A stretch of 63,596 bases of DNA, counting the filler, from Kipferlia bialata (lineage: Eukaryota), in NCBI GenBank assembly GCA_003568945.1. It is 3 parts of 3 records of this genome, joined end to end, with 100 filler letters (N's around TTAATTAATTAA, not from the genome) between each part and the next. Parts side by side here need not be neighbours in the genome. Positions count along the whole stretch, not along the records: positions 1 to 29,607 come from BDIP01000133.1; positions 29,708 to 59,305 come from BDIP01000134.1; 1 more part is not named here. One strand, given 5' to 3'. The notes beneath the pieces were generated by a model. The model did not search any database. It worked only from the letters and a program-made list of their open reading frames with translations, and was not told the DNA's origin. This document shows positions 25,119-36,100 of the stretch, one piece after another. Within the stretch, counting starts at the first letter, position 1. Each line of letters begins with the position of its first letter. Made by a program: the position numbers and the translations under genes.

Positions 25119-28100
25119 CTTATAATTATACTAATACCCCAGGTGGCTCCACCCAGGGTGGCATTGAGACCCAGGGGGGTGTCTACCTCTCTCTCTCTCT
25201 CTCTCTATGTATATATATAACTATATATATATGTTTAGTCTTATATCTAGGTGGATCCACCCAGGGTGGCATTGAGACCCATGGACTATACTATATACAG
25301 ACGTATATATGCATCTATACTTATACTCACATATTAGGTGGATCCACCCAGGGTGGCATTGAGACCCAGGGGGGTGTCTTCCCATACATGAGGGGGACCA
25401 CGGAGCTGGAGCCATTCTCGGACAGGCATGTGATATATATGTATGTATATATATGTAGATATATATATATAGAGAGAGAGAGAGAGCGAGAGAGTAAACA
25501 TGAGGGGGACAACAGAGCTGGAGCCATTCTCAGACAGGTAAGTGATGGCATTAATGCAGTACATACAGTATGTATACATATATGAAATTATACATATACA
25601 TATAGTATTATATATGAGGGGGACCACGGAGTTGGAGCCATTCTCAGACAGGTATGACACATAAATTGCATTGTAGATTGTGTAGACCTACCTTTCCTCT
25701 ATACACTAACCTCTAGGAGCACCCTCATTGACCGTATCCTCCCTCTGTTGGTCAGTGTCCTGGGGGGAGTGGTCAATGAGACAGCACTCAACCCGGTCAA
25801 GAGGTATGGAATCATGCCGTATCCGTAGGAGTGTTCCTCTTATCATTTGTCATCTTCACCTCCAGATGCCTTCTTTCTGTCTCTCCCTATTAATTTATCT
25901 AATCCTTAGGAGTGCCTCCCTCCTCATCCTTTGTGCTGACAGGCGCATACTTTCTCTCTCTTTACGTATATTTCTATATAATTGTGTCTATATGTATATC
26001 TTCCTCTTATCCTTAGGAGTGCCTCCCTCCTCATCCTCTGTGCTGACAGACACCTAGTGCATCAGACCAAGGAGGGGTCATACACACAGACAGGTACAGA
26101 GAGAGTATATACTATATGGATATATACCGTATGTAGTATTGCACATGATAGTAGAGAATAGTGGTATACAATACACCTACCCTCCAGGCATGCACGTGCT
26201 GTCCCCCCAGCTCGAGTCCCTTCTGTTCCCCCCTCCCCCACCCCATCCTGCACTGAAGCAGGGGGAGACTGTGAGTATGACAAAGTCATTGAAGGTATAC
26301 ATATCCATGAAGATATATATATATAATTACATTTATACATACCCTTGCATGAAGCAGGGGGAGACTAGTCAGTATGACGAAGTCATTTAAGGTAATGTAG
26401 TACTGTGTGATATATACATATATATATATATATATGTACATGTATACGCTCTCTCTCTCTCTCCTCTCTCTCTCTCTCCTCTCTCTCTCCCTCTCCCTTA
26501 TCCTATCTCTAACCCTCTAGGTCATGTCCTGGATAGTATGTGTGTGTTTAAGTGTCATAGTACACATATATATACATACCCCTTACTCCAGGTCATGTCC
26601 TGGATAGTCCTTGTCATCTCTGTCCCTCTCTCTCTGTCTCTCTCTGTATATATATATACTAACCCTCTAGGTCATGTCGTGGATAGTCCTTGTCTCCTGC
26701 AGACCTGGCAGAGACGGACAGGGACTGGGGGATGGGAGGGGTATCAGCATTGATAGGTACCCCTGCTGCTGTACCCATGGCACTGTTCCTAAGAGGGGTG
26801 TGGCCACCACTGAGGCATGTATATATAGTATATACTATATATAGTATATATATATATACCCTGCTGCTGTGCCCATGTCCTTGTTCCTAAGAGGTGTATG
26901 GCCACCATTAAGGTATATACATACAGTATATGTATACTATATATATGTGTGTGTTCTATGAACATACATATATATATGCCACTGTTCCTGAGAGGGGTAT
27001 GGCCACCACTGAGGTATGCAGAGGGGATAAATCATATAGTGTATATATACAAAGTATTGTGTGTATGTATTCAAACGTTTATACCCCTCCTGACCCCCAG
27101 GGACCGGTGTCTCCCCTTCCTGATGTATGTAAACTCAAACTTATATACAATATGTATAGTATGAATATGTATCCTGCTACTCAATGTATATGCCATCTGA
27201 CCCCCAGGGACCGGTGTCTCCCATTCCTGATAGACCTCCATCCACAGACAGAGGCCAGGTATGTAGTATATATATATAGTGGTGTAGTACATATATATAT
27301 ATATATATATTCTATAGAGATACTACGCATATACTCTACTTGTGTATATAGCTTAGTATATATACTGGTAGACCTCCATCCACAGACAGAGGCCAGGTAC
27401 AGTAGTATATGTACTATATATACTATATTGTGTGGTTATATATACTATATACCTATATATACCCTGCCTGATAGACCTCCATCCACAGACAGAGGCCAGG
27501 TATGCCATGTTCATAGATGTATATACAGTCATTCGATACTAACTGCTTAAGCGCATAGATGAGGATCTACTCTCTCTCCCTCTCTCTCTATTTGTATACG
27601 TGTTATAATACTCACCCCAGGCTCATCTGGGTTGTTGCCCTACACATCCTCTCTCTCTCTCTCTCATACATATATATGTACACATATACTAGTGTTTATA
27701 TGACCACTCACCCCAGGCTCATCTGGGTTGCTGCCCTCAACACCATCCTTCTCTCTCCCTCTCGTTCTCTCTTCTGATACATATTTACTGTGTAAATGTA
27801 GCATTACTATACTTATCGTCAGGCTCATCTGGGTTGCTGCCCTCAACACCATCCAGTACATGGCATGCTGGCCTGAGTGCAGGTAAGGGTATATAGTAGT
27901 ATATATACTATATGTGTATACTACATGTATATATTTATAACAACATGGATGTATCTCTGTATCTACACCATCCAGTACATGGCATGCTGGCCAGAGTGCA
28001 GGTACCATATATGTGTTGTATATATACTGTATACTACATGAATGTATATATTATTATATGGATGGATGTCTGTATCTATACCATCCAGTACATGGCATGC

Positions 28101-28769
28101 TGGCCAGAGTGCAGGTATCATTGGATTCGTGGAGTATATATATGTATAGTGGATAGGGTATGTGTATCTTTGTATCTTTACCATCTAGTACATGGAACTC
28201 TCTCCCTCTCTGACCCTCTCCCTTCTTACTCTAGGTCCATGCTCCTCCCCCTCCTCCCCTCCTTCTCTCTCTCTCTCTCATTCTCTCTCTCCTTGTGTAT
28301 ACATGTGTATATTCTTACTCCCCCTTCTTACTCTCAGATCCATGCTCCTCCCTCTCATTCCCTCCTTCTCTCTCTCTCTCTCTCCTCCTTTCCTTCTCTC
28401 TCTCTCTCTCCCTCTCCTTTCTCACTCTAGGTCTATGCTCCTCCCCCTCCCCCCCTCCTTCTCCGGTCTCTGTGCCCATGTGTCCAGGGTGTGCAATGGG
28501 TCAAGGGAAGGGGCACTAGCTCAGCAGGTATGTATATGTAAACATATATATATGTGTATATATATACATGTGTATGTGTATATATTTATAGAGAGAGAGT
28601 AGGGTGTGCAATGGGTCAAGGGAAGAGGCACTAGCTCAGCAGGTATGCATATATATATACTGAGAGAGAGGGAGAGAGAGGGAGAGAGAGAAAGAATGGC
28701 AGTGTCATGCAGATATGTAGATTTGTGTATACTTATCCCAGGTCCTGTCCGGTCTCTAGGGCACCTTAC

Positions 28770-28806
<37 letters not shown>

Positions 28807-28936
28807 ATTCATATACATTTGTGTTACTGATGTCTAACCCCAGGTCCTGTCCAGTCTCCAGGGCACCTCCCCCTCCCACTCCCCTGTCTCTAAGCATCTG
28901 GAGGCACTGGTGGCTGACGACTTCGCTTTGGTGTAG
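8331..28936 (+). CDS. Large roughly 50-exon alpha-solenoid (HEAT/ARM-like) protein; weak resemblance to HEATR6
   Basis: Short GC-rich exons join in frame, e.g. 11690-11773, 14221-14316, 14709-14775, 17879-17970, 18258-18341, 19099-19193 and the last exon ending TAG at 28934-28936. The protein is Leu-rich and helical. RLDANGALLCAYALRSLSRDRSDYVANHASMAFGTF is HEAT-like. One exon (16572-16653) is problematic; see findings. Confidence 0.75.
8521..28768 (+). repeat. Arrays of intronic partial exon copies ('exon-edge echoes') in most introns of the large gene
   Basis: Examples: four acceptor+ISVYKAVWASSVIGV copies (17368, 17502, 17641, 17763) before exon 17879; three copies of the end of exon 11690-11773 plus GT, ending 11814, 11936 and 12052; four upstream and about eight downstream pieces around exon 22885. 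Confidence 0.9.
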
Positions 28937-29295
28937 GGAGAATTATCTTTGTTGCAGAGAGACTTTGCTTTGTTGTAGGGAGACGACTTCGCTTTGGTGT
29001 AGGGAGACTCCGCTTTGTTGTAGAGAGATGTTACTCTTGTGTAGAGTGGTGTAGAGAGACTTCTCTTTAGTGTAGAGAGATGTATCTATCTCATGTAGAA
29101 TAGAATAGAAGAAATTGTACAGTTACTACTCTTGGTATTTGACCACAAACACAGACCCCGAGGCACTGGTGGGAGACGACTTTGCTTTGGTTAAGAGAGA
29201 TTCTGCTCTTATGTGGGGAGACTTGGAGAGACTTCCCCTCTGGTGTCAAGAGAGGTAGAGAGATATCGCTTTAGTCTAGAGAGAAGTAGAGAGAC
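28918..29295 (+). repeat. Degenerate roughly 21-bp tandem repeat derived from the stop-codon region (GACTTYGCTTTGKTGTAGRGA)
   Basis: Successive variants after the stop: ctttgctttgttgtagggagac, cttcgctttggtgtagggagac, ctccgctttgttgtagagaga, cttctctttagtgtagagaga. Confidence 0.7.
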
Positions 29296-29607
29296 TTGAC
29301 TCCGGTGTAAGCTTTGCACTGTTAAGCAATGTAGAGAAAAGTGGCGAGGAATTGGTCACCGCCAGTCTGGTGATTTGCTTGTATAATAGCAGTAATTGTA
29401 GCAGTTTCACTTGTGGAAGTTGGCCACTCGGAATCTAGTCATTGTCTGTATTGCAAGTAGGATACGTAGACTCACCATAGTGTGGAAACTATGGTTATGT
29501 TACAGATCGTCTTTCGCCTTCCTTTTTCCATGTCGGTCGTGAATCAGTGATTCCATACATGGCAACTGCCATTCGTTTCATTCGCACGATTCGTAAGCGA
29601 ATTCCAT

Positions 29608-29707
29608 NNNNNNNNNNNNNNNNNNNNNNNNNNNNNNNNNNNNNNNNNNNNTTAATTAATTAANNNNNNNNNNNNNNNNNNNNNNNNNNNNNNNNNNNNN
29701 NNNNNNN
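29608..29707. other. Artificial scaffold join: 100-nt N gap containing the six-frame-stop linker TTAATTAATTAA
   Basis: TTAATTAATTAA at 29652-29663 is embedded in Ns. An identical construct is at 59306-59405. Confidence 0.95.
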
Positions 29708-30124
29708 GATGGATGAAAGTATGAAGCGTTTCGACCGTTTGATCTCGCGAGCCCTATATATTCTACCATGGATAATTATATCCATGGTATATATCCAGGT
29801 CCTGGACCAGGATGTATCATATATCACATCATGTAATTCTGAATTACAGTAATTCATATGTGATCAAGAGTGTCATGGAGTCCATGACTCATGGACTACA
29901 CATACTGTAGCAGAGTTTCATGGTTGAAGATCAACAAACTCTCTATTAATCATCTTTGCTCCCGCACGTAGACCTACTCGTCGCAGTGGGATTCTCTCTC
30001 CGAAGGAGTCTCCAAACTTTGGACCAAAGTCAATATTTGCGACGGTAATCAAACGTCTGACAGTTATCATTGTCGTGACACACTACCATTTTTATCCAAC
30101 ATCAAATGGTCCAGAGTATATCAA

Positions 30125-33100
30125 TCACTTCTTCTTCCCATGTCCCTTGAAGTTGAACTTGAGCTTGCCCTTCTTTGACCCCTTGCCCTTCTTCACAGTC
30201 TTCTTCACAGTCTTTGGCTTCACAGCAGTCTCTGCCTCTTGGGTGTCGATGCCGGGTATCTTCTCCACCCACGTCTCCCTGTCGACCTCTGCCAGCCTAG
30301 CCACCTCTCTGTCATTGTACAGAGTCCACATGAGCACGGCCTGCTGCTGACTCGTCTCCATATCAGGCCATAGACGCACCATCATCCTGTGGTTAGGGAC
30401 AGCTCTGCACCATTGTAACACATTCAGTAGACGTGGAATCAATTGCCGTATACACTCACTTTCCCAGCATCCGTCCCGAGTGTGTGGCCGGTATGTACTC
30501 CGACCCCACCATATCCTGGCTGATGTCGGCCAGGTTGCCTGAGTCCTTAGCCCCCACCTGTGCCCCCATAGCAAATGCCTCCATCCTCTTCTGTGCTATG
30601 AACAGGGTGCTCAGCCTGGCAGGCCGGGACATCAGCACGATGGGCTGGATCCACTGTCTGAGCTCTGGCACGATACTGGCATTCACCTTCTTCTTGGGGA
30701 GGAGGGTGCCCACCCTGAACCCCTTCATTAGATGGGGCACACAGGATGCCGCATCCTGCTGCAGACGGAAGAGGGAGTGGCCTATGTTGGTGGCCTCAAA
30801 CACACGGGTGGTCCTGTTGGCACTGCTGCCCCCAAGGGCATGCACCATAGCACGCACACACCTGCTCACCTTCTCCATCTCAGCTCTCTTTGGGGGTATG
30901 GGGGGACAGAAGGCCACGGCACGCACTGCAGCCATTCCACCCAGCACCGAGAACGTCTTATCCTCTGCCACGATCAGTCCCTCACTGCAACCCCCATAGG
31001 CTATGGTGAATATGGAGGGACCGGAGTACGTGCGTCTCGAGACTGAGCCGTTGAGGCCCCCCAGCTCATCCTCTGCCTCCAGGAAGTGCCTCAGCTTGGA
31101 TGCCACAGGTAGGGTCTTGAGTGCCCACTCTGTCTGTGCCCTCCTAACCCTGATTTCTAAGGCAGACATGCTCCTATCTACCCTGTCCAGTATGCCAGGC
31201 ACGTGGTACAGGAGGTGGGCCTGGAGGTCACCAGTCAATGCCTTCATCAGCAGGATGTTGGTGCCCTCTCTCGACTTCTGAACACTCTCAGGGGTCTGTA
31301 TTCTGTCGGGGTCCACCATGTCATGGGCCCCATGGAGAGTGCCGCTGTCAGTCTCCCTCACACCTAGAGCGTTGGGGACAGACAGGGCCTGTGGGGCTAT
31401 GGGGGTGGGGGCTAGTTCCACTGTGAACCAGTTGTGTCTGGTATCCACCCTAGTCACTGTCTGCACTGCCTGCAGCATAGACATCTCCAGCACATGCCCA
31501 TGGGCGGTGGTGAGGGAGAGAGAGCGGGATGGGGCTGGGTCAACCAGAGTGACGCTCCTCACATTGACCTCAGGGTGCAGCACCACTGTCTGTTTGTGAC
31601 CCGATGCCCAGGACACCTCCTTGACCACTCTCGCTGAAGACACACACCTACTAGGCAGGTCGTACGTGGGTATGGTGAGGGGTGAGATGGATATGGACTG
31701 TGGGTCTACTGGGTGCATCTCGTAGACACTGGCAGCCGCAGAGTTGAGGTTGTCAGGGACATCAAACTCTGTACTGGCCTTCAACTTCTTCAGCGCAAGG
31801 TCCATCTCTGGAGACACCTGCACATCCATCACCCTCATGTGGAACACACCCACGGAGCAGGGATGGGGGGCACTGCTGCTAGGGAGTATGACACGGAAGG
31901 ACTTGGGAGCATCAGATGAGAGGCCGAGGTACACCAAGATGTCCTCACCCATACCTGCCCCCTGCTTCTCAACAATACTTCTCTGGATAGCGGGTGTGTC
32001 TTCCATCACAGGACACCTCCCGCCCTCGTCCGCACTCTGTCGTGACTGGAGTAGACACGTAGGGGCATCCGTGTAGAAGGGCAGGTCACGGCATGTCACA
32101 ATGACTGGGGTGACATCTGTCGGCAGAGGGGTCGCCAGCCCATTGGCCCTGAAGGTCAGCAGCAGCTCGTCAATGTGACAGAGGTCTACAGCAGTGGCCC
32201 CAGTCTCGTACATGTTTGTTAGGACAGGGAGGCCTAGGGGAAGAGGGACATCGCTGGAGGAGTCGTAGCCAGGGTCGGGGGAGATGCGACCGTCACTCAG
32301 GGCGAAGAGCAGTAAGCGAACCAGATATCCACACTGGAAGACAGACACCCGTCTGTCTGCCACATTGACCCCTGACACAGGCACAGCCCTTCTGATGAGA
32401 CCCGCAAAGACAGCGGCCATCTCACCAGTGCACAGGGAGGGGGCCACTGGGAGGGCCCCACTGCCAGTGACAACCCTCTGGAAGGAGAGCTCTGTGACAC
32501 ACCTGCTCGGGGGCATGACAGTACATCCCATGGGGGAGTTGATGGCGTAGTTCTCTATGGGCCTGGGGGCTCCCTTGGTGCCAGGGGGTATGAGTGTCAG
32601 GGGCACACATCCTAGCACAGCGGGCATCATGTGGATGGGCACCCCAGTGAACCTCTCCAGCACCCCCTCAGTCTGCTGCAGAAGGGCAAAGGATCGCAGA
32701 GAGACCACACCCGGCTCAATCCCCTTGGCGATGTTGCCGTGTCTGAGTAGGGGCACGGTCTGCATGAGGTAGGGGAGGAGACCCACGTAGTCTGGGATGT
32801 TGGAGGCATGGATGTATGCAAAGGTCCGGTGCTCAAGACGCATATGGTCACACACATGGGCCATATCCCCTACACTGATCTCAAGGTGCTGCAGGTATCG
32901 TGTAGCTGGAATCTGACCCCTTCCGCAAAGGGCATCACCCCACACACCGACAGAGTGCAGAATGAATGCAGACACTGGGTTGGGAGAGGCCAGAATATCC
33001 TCTCTCTTTGGGTCTCCGATGGATATGGGGACAAGACCCTCCACTGGTATGGACTGGAAGTCTCTGCCGGTGAGGGGGTAGGCACCCTTTGGGTAGGCAG

Positions 33101-36100
33101 GAGGGCAGAGCGTCTCCACCTTGACCTGTTTCCCCCCTCTGCCACGCTTGGTACGTGCTATGGTACAGTGCTCAGTGTAGACATCCAGATCAGCTGGGGT
33201 CAGCACAGGGCAAGGAATACATGAACTCATTGAAGACCTCTCCACACCATACCTGCAATCTTTGATATCTCTGGGGAGTCTGTCCCATCAAGACAGTTGA
33301 CCATCATGGTAAGACATGTTGTCTTGAGGTGTCGGGCGGTAACTACCTATATGTCAGACATCCAATGACTGGCGGTACACAGGCATCACACGACGGGGAA
33401 TGTATGCTGATATTTGGAGCCTATAATTGTATGACTCCACACCATAGACCTACCTCCGCTACTCCTCCTAGGCGACCTACAGTGGCCTCTGTCCCCTTCT
33501 TGATGTCCGCAAGGGACTCTTCTGGTGTGTCCACAGGCAGACCCTGCCAGAATACCATCTCGGCCAGCACTGCCTCCCTATCTGAGTCCCGGTGGAAGGA
33601 GAGAAGGCCAGACCTGGGGTGGGTGAGAGAACGTAGGAGGGGGGGAGGTAGAATGAGGGATGGAGACAGAAAATATATTATATAGTAATATATGAATATG
33701 GAGAGAGATCCCACCTCCCGTCATTGAACAGGTCCAGCTCCTTCACACTCTGTGGACTAGCCAGCGCCTGCACTAGGGTATCTACCGCCCCCATCATAAT
33801 GCCTCTGGCCTCGGGTGTTGTCTGCAGCCCGTACCAGGCATCCACCACAGCCTGTAGGTGTGCATCCCTCCCTCCCTCCCCCTCAGGTGGTGTCCTACCT
33901 AGCATGTAGAGCAGCAGGGTGTCCCTGGCCATGGCCGAGGGGGATATGTCGTTCAAGGTGATGTGCAGGGGCGGGCAGTCGGGGATGCCCAGTGAGATAG
34001 AGAGCTATGGGTAAGACTAGCAGGAGGATTATAGGATCTATGTATACATATATCCTATCCACAATTAAAATTAACCCTCATCCACTCACCAGTGTCTGGA
34101 GCAGGTTCCTGGGATCCCCGGCCCCGAGGGACAGGATGGATATGGGGTTGGACCCGACCTTGCCTGTCCTCTCGAAGTGGGGTATGCCGTTCAGGAAGGA
34201 CACTGCCACGCTGTTGCCAAATGGGTAGTGGTAGGCGTGCTCGTGACACTGGCTGTTACCGGCCAGGCAGTTCTCAAGGGAGAGGGAGTTGTACCAGGAG
34301 TGGCCCTCCTCCTCTCGAGGGTACTCACATACAGGGGGGTCCCAGGGCTCCACCTCAGCCTCAGCCTCTAAGGGGCTAGTGGGGACATCAATGGTGGACA
34401 CAGCACCTGCACCCTCAGGGGGGACAACATCAGGCTCAGGGACTGCCTTCTTAGGAGGGGTCGTCTCTACAACCGGTGCTCTCCTCTGTTGTGGCCTGGG
34501 TGTACGGGGACCTCCAAACGACACTGGAGTCGCAGTCGGTAGTTGTGCGTGGAACCCTCCCACCAGAACTAAGTCCATATCTGCCAGTTCCTTCAGGTCA
34601 TTGTCGTTGTACAGTGACCACACCATGGCACCTGGGTGTCTGGTACCCATATCGGGCCACAGGGTGGGGTAGAAGAGTCCCAGAGCCCTCCCAGGGTGGG
34701 TGTCTAGGACGTCATTGCCCTTCAGTTCCTGGAGTGAGACTAATAATTATACTTACAAACCATATTCGTAAGGAGCTAAATACGATATTATGTGGCGTAG
34801 TAAATATAGAGATTGAGTATATGGAGAGAGCACCTTGTACAGTGCATAACGCAGCACTCCATGAGGTCCCATCCTGAGGAAGCTGGACATGATGTTGTCG
34901 CAGGGGCGGCACGGGCGTGCCATGAGCACTATGGGCCTCATCCACCTCTGCCTGGTTTCTGCTGGTATCTCAGCCTCGTCAAAGGCCTCAACAGGCAGCA
35001 TGTGCTCCCAGTCGAGGCCCTCCATGATGTGAGGCACAGATGTCGAGGCATCGTGCTGTAGCCTCATCAGACTCTGGGCCGTGCCAGGCAGAGACATCTC
35101 AACCATCTGGGGGTGGCGACCGTTGTGTAGCATGCGCATAGTGGCCATCATGACTGTGCTGCCGAAGGCCTGTTTCTGGTCTTCTTCCGTTGGGAGAGGG
35201 GGGCACCAAGCAACACCACGGAAGGCCACAGTCTGCCCAACCACCACTATGGGACGCCGCTCGAAGCACATCACCCCCTCTACACTAGTGCCACACATCA
35301 GAATGGGCATGTTGCAACCACGCTGTGCGGCTGCAAACATCATCCTACTCAGGGTCTTGTTAGCCTCAAGGGACTGCCGCAGGTTGGACTCCTCTGGTAC
35401 CTTGCTCATTGCCCACTGTATAGTGTCAGTCCCCACAGGCCCTCTCTTGGTCTTGTCACCCCGGAGGGCCATAGTCCTATCCACTAACTGAGGCACCTCG
35501 GCAAAGAGTGTGCGCTGCCACTGGGCTGTGACAGTCTGACCCAGGAACTGCCCCCCTCTATGGGACATTGAACCCTCAGGCAGGTTTGGCTCCTCCTCTA
35601 TACCAGGGACAGAGAGGGCGGTGGGCTTGGTGTCTGCTAGGGTGTACTCCCCTGGCAGGTGGTCTCTGCTGTCGAGGGTGTTGGGTATGCAGAGTGCTTG
35701 TGGGGGGACACAGGTGGGGGCCAGAGTGGCTTGGAGAACGCCGCACTCGGGTGGCCAGACCTGAACCACAGAGGAGACAGGCTGGAGGAGCTGGAGGGAT
35801 ATGTCTTTACCTGTCAATCAGAGAGTAGTTTTCCACAAGAAGAACACATTAATATACCCATTGACCGTACCTGACTCTGTACGTAGAGCTATGCACCGAC
35901 AGGGTCCGTCTCCAGCCAGAGTGGCAGTCTCGATACTCGTACTCTTAGGGACAGTGATACGTAGACCATGGCCCCTCTCCCATGAGATGTTAGCAACTGA
36001 ATCAGGCAGGAGGGACTCTGGCACATTGAGCTCCAGAGGCTGAATGGGACTGACAGAGACAGAGGCCGATGGTACTGGGTATGCATGGGAGATGGACAGG

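Noticed and set aside
8521..28768. CRISPR-like arrays (repeats of about 30-50 nt with variable spacers)
   Set aside because: The repeats are pieces of adjacent exons with splice sites, the spacers are low-complexity intron DNA, there are no cas genes, and the context is eukaryotic.
10152..28830. Numerous short Y/I/C/V-rich or LSLSLS ORFs in the ORF track
   Set aside because: They are translations of (TA)n, (TG)n and (CT)n intron microsatellites or antisense shadows of real exons.
29652..29663. TTAATTAATTAA as a piggyBac target site or biological motif
   Set aside because: It sits centrally in a 100-N gap and recurs identically at 59350, as expected for a scaffolding linker.
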